Shown here: piece after piece, positions 23,600 to 36,073 of the stretch
How positions within the stretch are numbered: the first letter of the stretch is position 1
Layout of the letters: every line of letters begins with the position of its first letter
NCBI GenBank assembly: GCA_002104905.1
Contig: MCFE01000577.1
Coordinates: 1-56,633, forward strand
Direction of reading: 5' to 3'
Source: Basidiobolus meristosporus CBS 931.73
Lineage: Eukaryota > Fungi > Basidiobolomycota
Length of the DNA: 56,633 bases
Translations under genes and position numbers: made by a program
The notes under the pieces: generated by a model
Told to the model about the DNA's origin: nothing
Databases searched by the model: none
What the model saw: only the letters and a program-made list of their open reading frames with translations

Positions 23600-24582
23600 T
23601 GTTATTTGGCCTTTGATAGTTTTGGCTATTCCTATGATACTTTCTTAGTATACCATTGCTGGCCCAAAATCAGTTTGCCTGCTTGAATCCATGATAATGC
23701 TCATGGAACCAGTCAAGTACATACTGCTTGGCCTTGGGTTCCTGATGGACCCATGGTATGCCAGCCTTAAGATGATGGTGTGCTAGACTTCTGATGGCCT
23801 CCTGAATATTAGCCCACTCTTCATTATTGCACTCAATAGCTTTACCAATCTTCACTGTCTATTGATTTTTAGGCTTTGGTATAGACAGCACATTGTCTCC
23901 CTCCCATGCAGCAATAGATTTTTCTGTGGGCTTTATCTTTGGGCACTGTAGTTGTGCTTCAAAGACTGTAGAGTTTTCCTTGCTGTTACATCAAGAAATG
24001 GCTCAATTCTTGACTGTGACATTGAGCTACTTGAGTTCCTTCTTTGCAGCAAAGATGCTGCTTTCTCTTCCTGTGATATTGATTGCTCTACATGTATTAT
24101 CTTCTCATCCTGTTTCTGGACTATTTCCTGATTTCACTGGGCCATTGCATCTATTCAATCAGCCACTGCACCTAATTGCTCTTTAATGCTTTGGTATGTG
24201 CTGACAATATACTTGCTAATATGGGTGGTGGTGATGTTAGGATAGACACCTGCTGGTCTTCAGCTGAGGGTACTGCATTTGCTACATTCTCATCTTCCTG
24301 AGAACAATAGTCAGCTTGCAACACCACAGAAGTGCTCAATTGCCTACTTGACTGAGAGCCTGAGGAGTCTGCATAATTACCTTCAGTGGGCACACTGTCA
24401 ATGTGGCCTTTTTTGGATGTAGCCCTGCTTATTACACTGAATGTCAAAGCAAGCTGTTGTCCAACTGTCCTTCTGCTGCCATCAGTGGTAGGGTTTAGTT
24501 GAGAACCAGACAATTTTACTTTATTTTTTGGCTGCATATATATGGAAGTGAGCCAAACCAAAGAGAAAATAATTTTACACAT
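23600..24582 (-). pseudogene. Decayed transposon accessory ORF divergent from a CACTA-type transposase
   Basis: Low-complexity N-terminus (24172-24582), then EEWANIQEAIRSLAHHHLKAGIPWVHQEPKAKQYVLDWFHEHYHGFKQAN*FWA. A partial homologue lies at ~45300-45530. Confidence 0.45.
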
Positions 24583-24739
24583 ACATGTGTATGTGGAGCC
24601 GCAACTTTATTTATAATGCTTACTATGGTAGGTTATTATTGAATCTGAGATTCATGTAGGTGCAATGTCTCAAATACAAGACTGTCCTAAACTCACATGA
24701 GCATTGACCAGAGAGTAATATGACAGCGTTACATTATTG

Positions 24740-25340
24740 AAGGCCAGACTGTTTGCCCCATGGACAAGACTGCTTTGATTCAATGCCATAAGAGAAGAGA
24801 AATAAATCCATGTGGCTATTGTAGCAAGCTTCTCAGCCATGAAGCATGCAGTCAGCATAGAAAATATTACAGGGATCACAGCCAGTGTTTTGCCACACAA
24901 GTCATATTTGACCATTCATCAGTACTACTGTGTCTCTATTATCTTGCCAGCCAGTTGATACTTCTATATTAGCACCTGGCCATCTTTGTCACCTTGCACA
25001 ACTGAGTCAGGTGCATTTGTGATGCCATTAGGCTCACTGATGAATTGTGAGTATATCTCCACTATCAACAGTACCACACATGAGCCTGGTCAAGTCCCAA
25101 TATGCAATAAGATAACACCCACTGAAATAATTGCCAGGGATACTTCATGGAGTCAAGTAAGCCCAGTAATCCATCTACTGGTGAATGGAGTAAGGATGTT
25201 ATTACAGAAGTGGCACATTTCCACTGATATCAGTAATGGGGGCTTTGAGGATTTATTACTACTTCTTGCCAAAATCATTCTATATAAGATGCTTTTTATA
25301 CATGGCATCCAAAATTCATCAGGATCTCATGTTAGATGAA
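24740..25340 (+). pseudogene. 5' fragment of a second CACTA-type transposase copy
   Basis: Inverted homologue of ~9700-10217 (NPCGYCSKLLSHEACSQHRKYYRDHSQ vs ESCRQYRKYYKDYSQ; KWHISTDISNGGFEDLL vs KWCVSTNIINGDFDDLL). Confidence 0.7.
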
Positions 25341-26002
25341 AAGTGCAACTTCTTATTCATTGGCAGCTGGTTCAGCTGTAGCCACTGACCACTTGGTGGC
25401 ATGGTTAATTGCTACTAGGATCCACCAATGGCACTTCCTAGCAGCAAGCAGTCTCCGAGCAAAGTCAGTTCCCCATCTCTAAATAGTCTTACAGACTCCA
25501 AGGGAAAGAGCTCAGCAATTGTCTGTGGTTGGCTTCTGTTGATTTGGCAGCTTGGGCATGTTTTCACTAGCTTCTCAATATTTGGTTTCATTCTGGGCCA
25601 CAATGCTCTTGCTTTCACAGAGCTATAAGTTCCTTCAATTCTAAAATGTCCATATTCATTATATAGCTTGTGTATTAATTCCAAGCAGGCAACATAGTGG
25701 AAATAGTCAATAGGGCATCCATCAACTATTTGGTAGAATGTTACATCCTGTATTAGAAACTTGCTGGCTTTATCCCTGACAGTTTTTTTGATATCATCAT
25801 TGACCTCACTAGGAATGACTTTGTCCTCCAAATACTTGGGTAACAAGCTGGGCCAATCTGACTTATGCACCAGGTTGAGTTGTGCAACTTGTTTTAGCCT
25901 TGATAAGGTGTCAGCAAACATGTTACTTGTCCCTGGGCAACAGACAATCTCCATGTCAAATTGCTGAATGTATTACTTCATCATATAATTCATCTGGATA
26001 GT

Positions 26003-26712
26003 AGACTTGCACTCTTGGATAGTGCCAAATGCTGCCATAGTGTGCCAGGGGGGCCAAGTGGACCAGTGCTTGGTCATAGAGTGGGAAGCAAAATTCATCA
26101 TCTTCAAGCAAAGCAGCCCCTACATTTCACCTGTTGTGCTGGAGAAAATCCATTTTTTGACCTTTTTTCTTGGATCAATGTTGTGCAGGATGTATAAGAG
26201 GACATAAGAACTGAAGACATGCATCTGGTTCTCTGTATCCATGGCACTTTGAATCTGGCTCTGGTGGCTTGTAACATGTCACAAAATGTATGGCTCTATC
26301 TTGGTCCACTGGTACTATCTGGCACTATACGTGTTTTGTTTATATTTTACTTTGGGGCTAATATATAAATATAGGGCCAGATAGTACTAGTGGACCAAGA
26401 TAGTGCCATACATTTTGTGACATGTTACAAGCCACTGGAGCTAGATTCAAAGTGCCATGGGTAATGAGTGCTAGATTCATATCTTCAGTTCTTGTGTTCT
26501 CCTACACATCCTGCACAAGAGCAATCCAAAAAAGGTCAAAAAATAGATCTTCTCCAGCACAACAGGTGAAACACAGGGGCTGCTTTGCATGAATATGTAG
26601 AACTATGTTTCACACTCTGCGGCCAAGTACAGGTCCACTTGGCTGCCCTGGCACACTAGTGCATCACTTGGCACTCGTGGCTCAATGTGGCACTATTCAA
26701 TGGAACAAATCT
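26003..26712. mobile_element. Foldback MITE of the PHIS family, TSD AGT
   Basis: ~330-bp inverted arms around a short AT-rich spacer; ends AGACTTG.../...GGAACAAATCT; AGT at 26000-02 and 26713-15; interrupts the Gypsy-2 RNase H. Confidence 0.88.
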
Positions 26713-27211
26713 AGTACCTTCTGGGTAAATATATATTTGAGTGATATATGATCAGTCTTCACAATGCACTTGACTCCTTCAATATAGAGTCTCCATGTCT
26801 TTAAGCAGTGTATCATGGCAAGCATCTTCTTCTCATGCAATGGATAGTTTTGTTCTGCTGAGTTTGGGTTCTTGGATTCAAAAGCTACTAGGTATTCCTT
26901 TCCCTTATGTTCTTGGCTAAGTACTACTCCAAGCAAATAATCAGAGGTCAGGAGCTCTCAGGTTTGGCAGGTTTATTTCTGAGCATCTGAAAGGCAGTCT
27001 CACAGGCTATATCCCACTTTAAGGTATTAGACTTGTTCCATTGGATAGTACCACATAGTGCCAGCCTGTTTATGGTGCCGGATTGATCTGGCACTCTACG
27101 GCACTATCTGGCACTATAATATCTACCATGATACCAGTGGTATGATACAGTTACTGGTAATTTTACTCAATCTTACTTATGTTGCTCAGAATAGTGCTTT
27201 CCTTGCTTTGT

Positions 27212-28094
27212 TTACTCTTCATAATGCTCCAGACACATTTCTCTCAGTGGATGTCTTCTTGTATGAGCATACTGTGCATTAATAAGTATCTTAACTATTT
27301 TACCTATTCTGCTGTTTTCTCCTATATATGACTTTCCTCTGTATTTACCTGCCATTATGCTGACTCTCTTCAGATATCCAAATGTGTACTCTACCCTCAC
27401 TCTGAAATGACTAAATATCCCATTGTAGAGCTTCTGCTTCCTGCTAAGCACACCATTCCTTGGCTTCCTATAAGCTGTAATACATCCTAATCTCTGACAA
27501 TCCTCTCCTATATAGGCTAAGTCTGCCATACATTTCTCCCCTCTACTGAATTCAGGATGATTCTCTACCCAGAGTGCTTTGTCATGCCTACTTCCAGCAA
27601 ATGGCCCACTAAACCAGATAATGTACCCTCAATGTCAGACAGTGCTTGAAACTTCACACAGTGTGCCTTGTACTTCCCTAAATAAAAGTGCCTCTGCCCA
27701 CTAGAAGGTCTGTTAATCCTCACTGGGAAGGTATCCAAATACTCCTGATATGGAACCTGTTGCTGAACACTCTGGGATATGGAAGTCTATTCAAGCTTCT
27801 GAACCTAGTACTCCAAGCTTGCTCTAAGTCATTCATACCCTCTGCAAGGTGGTTCTCCATTGCTGTCAGCTGGGAATGAAAGCTTCTAGGACTTTTGTTG
27901 CCATGGATGGTGGGATGAAACCTTGTAGGGCAATAGTTCTTGTAATAGCAGAGAAGCCTGACAAGGGATCTCCTTGAGTAGATTGGGGTTGATGGTCCAC
28001 AGTACTTGGAATAGATCTCCTCTAGTGTGTCAAAAGGAAATCCAGTGGTAGTGATGGGATTGATGAGAAAAGACCATTCAGATGTGTAAGTCAT
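27212..28094 (-). pseudogene. DDE_Tnp_4-like transposase of copy B (frameshifted)
   Basis: ORF pieces 27720-28094 and 27212-27529 plus the intervening KFQALSDIEG/GSRHD segment; frameshift near the DTFP motif. Confidence 0.88.
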
Positions 28095-28453
28095 ATTAAA
28101 ATTGATGGATGATTGTATAAAGGCAATTTGAATTGATTTGGCGCAATCTGCGTTATTTATCTGATTTTTAATACATTATGGTTAAATTTCCATCAATTGC
28201 CATGTATCCCATCATTATGTCGCAAAAATCATCTGCAAACAATGCCTTGGTACTTTTATTGATGCTTTAATCATAGGTCTGTAAGCAAATAGGAAATCTG
28301 CAATTGATGTGATCTGATCCGTGTCAACACAATCCAAGAAGCATCATGCATAATATATGGAAAATTCAACAATCACATTAGTTTTCATATATATTTCATA
28401 TAAGACCAGGTTGATGCCAATATACTGCTGTATAAGTATCCAAATCCATTGCT

Positions 28454-30508
28454 ATGGTCCCCATACCAAGCCTCAACTCATCTTTAGTACAACCCAGACA
28501 AAACCCATCCCCCAGCTCACAAGTGCGGTCCGGACTGGAAAAGTCAATGTGGGATCTGTTTGAGTTCTTGCCAAATGATTTTAGTATGGCCCAAGTGTCT
28601 ATGATGAGCCTTCATACAGATATTTGGGCACTACTGATTAATCTAGCAGAACTAGATACTTCAGAGAGTTGATAAAGATGGAAGAATTTGAGTAGAAAGC
28701 TGTGGCATGAGTTCTACATCAAGATGCCAGCCAATGTATGTAAAAAGATATATAACAAGACAAGTATTGAAATCAAGAATGAGCTGAGAGTGAAGGGATT
28801 TGACAAAGAAGCCACACAGGGGCGATTTTGCGTGCAATTTGCACAGTACGGGCCGGACACATCCATTTGTGCCTCAACTTTAGGAACCAAAGAGATTTTG
28901 AATGAGTTTTTGCCTCAAATGACTAATGTACTACGTGATATATTAGTAGAGCTAAGTGGCTTCCAAGAGCAATATACACAGGACTCATCCAGGCAACAGC
29001 TCCAAAGTATCAGACAGAGGGTAAATGAATACCTTGAGGAATCAGATGGTGAGCTTCAGGAGGAAGAATACAGACCACAAGCAACATTGTCCAGATTGCG
29101 CCAGCACGCCTTGCTGGATTCCCTGCCATCTCTTGCAACCACAGCGCGCTGGCGCTGTGGTGGTGTAGAGGTACTCCTGGGAGAAGCTACACTACTCAAG
29201 GTGTGTGAGGAGTCTGATGGGTGCAATAACCTCTGGGTCTAAACTGCTGGTGTCTTTGTCAATATGTCTCTATGGTAAAAGCTCCTGCTTCTCTAGCTTC
29301 CTAGGTGCTCCAAGTGTCTCCAAAGGCCTCTGTGTGTCTTGTGCACTACCCTGAAAAGCTCCTTGATGGCAGGTCTGAGATGTACTGTTGAAGGCAGGTG
29401 CAGTGATCAACTGCTAATCAATAAGGGAGAAGTGTTACTGATAGAAGGGATGATTTATTGATGAGGGATTGCCTTCCCTTAAATACTTTTCCTGATTGCC
29501 AAGTGATTACTAATGACAAGGTTCTAGAAGATTCTAGGCATCAGTGGAATTCTTGATGACATCACTATGGGCTAAAAATATGCCAAGAATGTCCTGGAAG
29601 GTTCTAAAAGGCACAGCACATCCAACCAATCAGGGATCAGTAGTCTGAAACCTGTGCAACATAAAAATACCATATATGGTATTGAATTGGTAGGGATGGT
29701 AACACAGACCTAGGTCATGTGTGACGGGTACTGACGTGGGTACTTGCCTAATGTAGATACAAATATAGATCACAAAGCTGAATAACATCTGGGATAACTA
29801 ATGCTAATAACTAATCAGGGTAAACATCAAATGGGGATAATACTAACAATATGGGCAAGAGAAGAATGGGATAATACTGATAAGATAAAATATGAATGAG
29901 TATATCATAATGACTATATGAATAAACTTTTCTGTGGGAGGTATGTTTACCCTACCACAGCGCACGTCAGTCCAGAGTACGCCAACATCTTTACCAGAAC
30001 ACCCCGCATCAAGTCAATGCGCGTCGGGTCAACGCGCGTGCTTCAGAGCAAAACTACAAGAACTTGCCAAACTGCTCATTTAGACACAAGTCCATTGGAG
30101 CGGACCAAGTCGCATCAACTTGCAGCATCACATCAAGCTCAGCCAAGGGCCATCTCAATGTGTCAAGGTGCACCTGCGCGTGCTGTTTTGCCTGACCATC
30201 CGCAAGTTACTTCTGGTGAACTGACTGATGATGACCAACATGAAGTGCCTCAACCACCGGAGCCCTTGGCAAGCAAAAGAACGCGTCAGTGCGTGGCACT
30301 ACAGGCCAGTTCAGTTGGTTCAGTTGGAGCAATTCAGCGTGGCCAAGCTGTAGCATTGCACTCATCAACTAGGAGGCAAAATACTGACTACAAATACACA
30401 AGTAGCCAAGATAATAGTCAGCCAGGAAGTAGTATAGGTGTGCAAAGTGAGTCACTACCAAATGCTCTAGTAGTAATCCCTGTGAGAAAAAAACCCAGGA
30501 GAAGATAA
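28454..30508 (+). pseudogene. Second ORF (ORF2) of copy B, unknown function, interrupted by a solo LTR
   Basis: Pieces 28454-28672, 28688-29155 and 29964-30508. The stop at ~28672 is a sense codon in copy C (ORF 40367-40912). Confidence 0.75.
29156..29959 (-). mobile_element. Solo LTR of a sister lineage of the intact Gypsy, TSD GCGC
   Basis: On the minus strand TGTGGTAGGG...TACACCACCACA; core (~29620-29760) strongly similar to ~13105-13255. GCGC at 29152-55 and 29960-63; the empty site in copy C has a single GCGC. Confidence 0.92.
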
Positions 30509-33500
30509 TGCAATCGCTTTGAATAGCTCAAATTTGTAATGATCCTGACAACCCTTTTTTTTTGCAATCCAAATCGAGCCATTGCAAATCAGTGATCATC
30601 AAATTTTTGATATAAGTAATATCAAGGTCGTCTCACATTTGAGACAGAACCCCTATAAATAAGCACCCTGCATATATATACATCATCTGTAATACCAGTG
30701 CAGCTATTGGATCTGTTTTGTACCTACACAATTGCTCGCGTGCTGGCTATGACACCTTGTCCAATCACTAGGATCAGGGATTTACTTGCTCAATGAGCAA
30801 AATGGGATATTTGATGGCAAATCAGGTAGCTTTTTTAGTAGTCAATGAGCCAATTGGGGGCGGCCAGCTTCAGGATACTTTTGGACCAATTAACCACTGA
30901 GATACCGTCCAATTGGAGCAAGGGTAACCAAAATGGTAAGTATCAGTGTAGTTTAAAGTGGGATACACATTTATTTCCATTTACATTAAAGAAACATATC
31001 CAAATACCAGATTTTACCTGCCATAATAGCGGTATCCAATTGTGCACATGATGCAAACATTACAAGTTGGCGCAATCATCCGTGCCAACCTCATTGTGTC
31101 AGATTGTGCCATAGTGTGCGAGATTGTCCCGCATAGTGCAAAATTGTCCAAGAACAATCCTTCCTTCTGGTAGCTATAATATTGCACCCAATTGTTCTTT
31201 ACAACCGTGGATTGTGCCGCACGCCCTGGCACAGTACAATGGAACAAGTCTATTGTCTTTCTGGAGGATATCAGTCAAAGGGGCTGCTATACTTGCAAAG
31301 GACTAAACAAATCTTCAATAAGAGGAAACCATTCCAAGAAATGATCTGAGCTCTAATACACTCTGAAGCTGCTTCAGATTCTTGATAAATTCCACTTTCT
31401 TAGGGTCTTTAGGTCACTCCTATGCTAGTCCCTCTGTGTCCCAAATACTCAACATGTTTCTTGAACAGCTCATGGTTTGCTAACTTGCCATACAACTTGT
31501 TCTCTCTTAGCTTCTTGAAGACCTTTCAATGTGCACCAAGTGGTCCACTTCTGTCTTGTGGCATATCAACATGACACCTATGCAGATTAATATAAGCTTG
31601 TCCAAGCACTCTCAGGAGAGCTTGCTACAAAGCCATAACTGTTGCAGGGGCATTGGTGAGGCCAAAATTCATGACCAAGTACTCATAGTGTCCATATAGG
31701 TCCTGAACACTGTCTTGGGGATATCTTTTGATTTCACCCTAATCTGGTTGTATCCTAATATAAGGCCAGTTTTGCCAAATATGGTGGCTCCAGTGAGCCA
31801 ATATAAAAGCCCACCAGTGCAAAGTATGGGTTACTTATTCTCCATGGTAACTGAGCCAAGTTTTCAATAGTCAATTCACATCCCAAGTACTGCATCTTTC
31901 TTTTCACAAAAGCACTTGTGCTCTCCAAGGTGACTTGCCGGGCCTGATGCATCCTTGCTCCAATTGCTGATCAACTTGTCTCTTCATCTCTTCCAATGCC
32001 AATGAACTCATCCTGTGAGGAGCCTTACTCACAGGGGGGCTATTTCCTGTGTCAATGGCATGATACATGCCTCTGACAGGAGGTAGGTGTACAAGTTCAC
32101 CTGAAAGCATGTGTGAATATTCTATCAGAGGAGTCTGGACCTTTTGGGGAGCTGTAGAAGAGGAGTTATCCTGCAATACCACCATAGGAGACATTTAGGT
32201 ACCCTTCCAAAATGCTCCACAGAACAGTGTCTTACCAAGCTCACTTGTGATCAACACACTGGAATAGACCAAGCTGAAATCCAGTCTGGCAAGTAGTAGT
32301 CAGTAGGTCTGTTTGCCATTTTGGATCTGAGTAGCATGGGTGCTCTAATTGATTGATAGATTATGTTTGAATAGCCATGCTCTTTTAAGTATCAGGTCAA
32401 ATTTGCTGTTTCCAAATATGCAGGCCTGTAGGTCTTCTTTATAGTCATCAATCTTCACTCTTACAGGCTGAGTGATATGGCTGATTATGTGAGATCTCCC
32501 ATCAGCTATTGAGTCTGAAGTTGACTGGGTAGGTTTTATGTAGATTCCGGCTTCAGGACAAGTTACTCTGACATGTACCCAAGTAATGCTCCTGAGTCAA
32601 TCATAATCCTTACCGTACTCCATTGATTATTCCATTCAAGTACAGTAGTTTTCTTGAGTTTGAGGTTAAGGGGGATATATATTTTTATGTCATGTAGAAT
32701 GTAGTTCTGAATCATCTTCAAGTTCATCCTCCCCGTTACTATGCTTTTGGGCTTCAATATAGTAGAAGGTCTAATTGACTGGTGTTCATTTCTTCTCTGA
32801 GCGCAGTACTTTGAGATGTGTCCAAGCTTATGACAGTTGAAGCAAAGTCCTTTCTGCTTATACTCTTCTGAGGTGGGATTCTTCTCCAGAGAGACTATTT
32901 CCATTGACATTGCTTCTGATTGTCTTCTCTTACGGTACTTGTAGTTTATTCTGATTAGTAACTCTGCACTGTCCAATCAAGGGAGTCCAATCTGTACAAA
33001 TAGACATCTTTACTTATAAATCCATTCATTGTTGTATCTAACAGAGGAGTGTGATAAAACTCTTTAATAATCTAACTGAACCAAGGGGACAATTAAGTAC
33101 AGAGTCTTAGAATTGTCAGAGAGTGGCAGAAATATTAGCAGGGAGATTCTGGTCTAATATTGATAGAGCATGTAGTTGATTTTGGCTTTGACAGAAAAAG
33201 AGTTGGTTTGCTATGCAGGCTGGGCTTGGTGTTCCAGAAGTGCAAGATATGCTAGGTTCTTAATTTTGCCAAGATACAATCTTAATTTTGTTGAGACACA
33301 CACTAAACCAAAAGGCTCAGTAAGTTTTGCTCATACTTTTCCAATCAAGTTGAGCTAGTAAGTACTAAGAGATTGGATTAATGGAAATCAGTTTGGGTAT
33401 TGATTGGTGCATAAGATAAATGAAAGTTGCATCATCAAGCAGCTAATATCTTGGCAGCCACTAGTTCATTGGATATATCTCAGATGACCAACCATTTAGA

Positions 33501-33699
33501 GGGGCATAGCAGATCAGCTGTTGACATAATGATTACATGAATATTGATCAGGTGTTACAGCTCAAAATAGCTTCTAAGAAGTGATAAAATGAAGCATAGT
33601 GGGGATTAGTTATGCTTAGGTTAGAGAAAACCAGTCAAGGAACAAGATTTTCTAACAATGTATAATTGGACAAGTTTAAATGTTGATCCACAACATCAC

Positions 33700-36070
33700 A
33701 TTATGCCCAAAGAGCAGTTTTCTGATACCTGCTGGGTTCCCCTGTGACCACAATGCTGATCAATAATGGCAGCATCATCAAAGTTAGTATAAGTTTCCCA
33801 TGTGTTGTGTTTGACATCATATCATTCCACTTGACTAAATGAAGATTACTTTGTTTTTCTCCATCATAATATACTGTAGCTTCAACATTGTGGGGTTCTG
33901 AAGCTACTAGGTATCAAGATATAAGCTTGAGTTCAGCAGATACAAAGTTTTTGGGTTACAGTGCTATAGTACTGTCTTGAAGTATATGATATCCTCCAGT
34001 AGTGTACCTGACAGCTCTAAGTGGGTCTTCAAATTAAGGGTCAAGTTTAGATTGTTAGACTGAATCTAGTGTCATCACAAATGACTCACCTGTGAAGCTG
34101 CTGTTCCTGTGTGTTGAGGCATATGTTGCATTCATCTTTTGCTGTGAGGCTTTGCCACTGACACAGATTGCAGCATATATAATGTTGGTAAGGTACTCAA
34201 GGTTGTTCTTTAGTTTGTTTGTATTCAAATTTGCTCACTCCATATTCTAGTAGGCACCAAAGTATCTGCATCTTGTTCTAAACATCAAACAAAATGGTAT
34301 TAATCCATGTAGAGCAGCAATTTTGGTATTGATAGCATACTGTACAGTAGGAGTGTACTTGTCTCAGTTCTTCTGGATACCTTTGATACATTTCCTGGTG
34401 ATGTTCATTGAGGTCTGAACATGTCTTTCAGCAGGTCCATTAGGTTTGGGATTTTATGGAGTGAACAGATGCTGACCAGTGGCTCTCTTCTGGCAAAGGC
34501 CATTGATCAAATGAATTATAAATACTGATCCATTTTTCAGCTGAATGACCTTGGTGAATCCAAATAGGCAGAAGAGCTTGAATAGGTAAATGACTCCTCA
34601 GTATCAATGCTTTCCCTTCATCTGCATATGGATTATCTAAGTTGCTGAATCCAATTGGGGATTTATTTTGGAAGTTGTAGTGAGTTCACTGATTATGCCA
34701 GTAAGCACATGTCCCTCCCAAGGTGAAGTTGGAAAAAGTTTGGAAAGGTGGGCAGGCAAAATGTTGCAAATTCCTGGGCAATGAGTAACTCTGTTTTTGT
34801 AATCAAGTATAGTAACAAGCAAGTAGGTATGCATTGGGGTTAGAGTCTTTTGAGTGTGGATATAAATAAGGGCATGGTTATCAGTGTACAAGGCAAAAAG
34901 GTTACCCCTGAGGTGTAATATATCCAAAGAGGCACTCAATGAGAACAAGAGTGGTAGGTATTCACTAAAATAGTTCAATAATCCCTGATAATATTGAAGT
35001 TGCTTAGTGCTAGTGGGCTTTAGCCATTCATGAATATTGACCAGTTTGAAAGGGTCTAGTTGGTGACCAGCTGGTGTGACTATGAGTCTAAGTAGATTGA
35101 TCTTGAGGCAGCAAAACTGCACTTTTGTGCATCAAAAATCAGGCCAGCAGCTGTCAATCTGTTAATCACATCAATGACATGAGTTGCATGATCATCACAG
35201 CTTGTGGAAAATATGATTACATCATCAACAAGTACTTAAGCATATGGAGCATTGTTGAGTATTAAAGTCATAATTTTCTAGAACTTGCTGGTCAGTACCA
35301 TCAGGCCCAATGGAGCTCCCTGAAACATCAACTGAATATTATTCCAAGAAACAGCAGTCTTATGCTGATGATCAGGATGAATCTGGAGATGAAGATATAC
35401 ATCCTTCAAGTCCAACCAGGAGACTACTTTTGCTCTTGAAAGTGAGGGAAACATATTATGCATTCTTGGAATTGAAAATATGTCATCTTTGCTTGTGGTC
35501 CCTTTAGGGTTGGATTTTCATTAGCAGCTCTCCTAGGTGCAAGCATCACAGGGCTGTTGAATATTGTGTTGTCAGGGGATTGAGTGATAACTTCATTGTC
35601 AGCCCACTGTTAGACTATTTCTTCTACTGGGTGCCAATATGAATGTGGAAATGGGTTTTGCCACCTCCATACTGACTTACTAGGTGAGATTTCTAGTGTA
35701 CCAATGGATTCTGGAATAGTGCAGAAGCTGATCCTTGGAATGGCTTGGTTTCTTTCTATTGCCAGCTGAATATTCAGCTTAACTGATGGAGAATATGCTG
35801 AAAAATTTGGGGTTGACTCTACTTCTTCCAGTTGGAGTGAGATAATCTCTGGACTCTGTTCCTTTATGGGTGGCTGAGATTTAGTATATAGAGTATGGGA
35901 GGCTGGTAGTTTGCCTAAGCCAAGTGTGGTGAAGGTGTCTTCACAATAACTACCTTCTGGGTTATTACTGACTGTACTTGGTAGCTGGGAGAGCTTGTTG
36001 GAAAAATCAGTAGCACTGGGTTCAGAATAGCTTCCAATCAAAGGTAGCAAGGTAATAAAGACCTATGTTT
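33700..36070 (-). pseudogene. Internally deleted Gypsy pol with chromodomain
   Basis: RT WLDLKDVYLHL...FQGAPLG; RNase H YTDNHAL; integrase NPKPNGPAERHV; chromodomain-like LVKW...YDVKHNTWE at ~33790-33845. Confidence 0.75.
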
Positions 36071-36073
36071 ATT

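Larger units (their letters stand above)
27029..31251. mobile_element. PHIS/Harbinger-related DNA transposon copy B (full length, ~3.4 kb without the LTR insert), TSD ATT
   Basis: Perfect 15-bp TIR AGACTTGTTCCATTG; ATT at 27026-28 and 31252-54; subterminal TAGTGCC/GGCACTA repeats; inserted in the Gypsy-2 RT (QKDN|TLKW). Confidence 0.93.

Noticed and set aside
27040-27125. Short TAGTGCC/GGCACTA repeats that look like an array (also at 10240-10310, 42130-42205 and in the MITEs)
   Set aside because: These are subterminal transposase-binding repeats with irregular spacing, not CRISPR. There are no cas genes and the context is eukaryotic.
33030-33695. LTR first read as the 5' LTR of Gypsy-2
   Set aside because: No PBS follows it, and the TTCAT duplication with 43963-67 shows it belongs to a separate element inserted into the Gypsy-2 gag.
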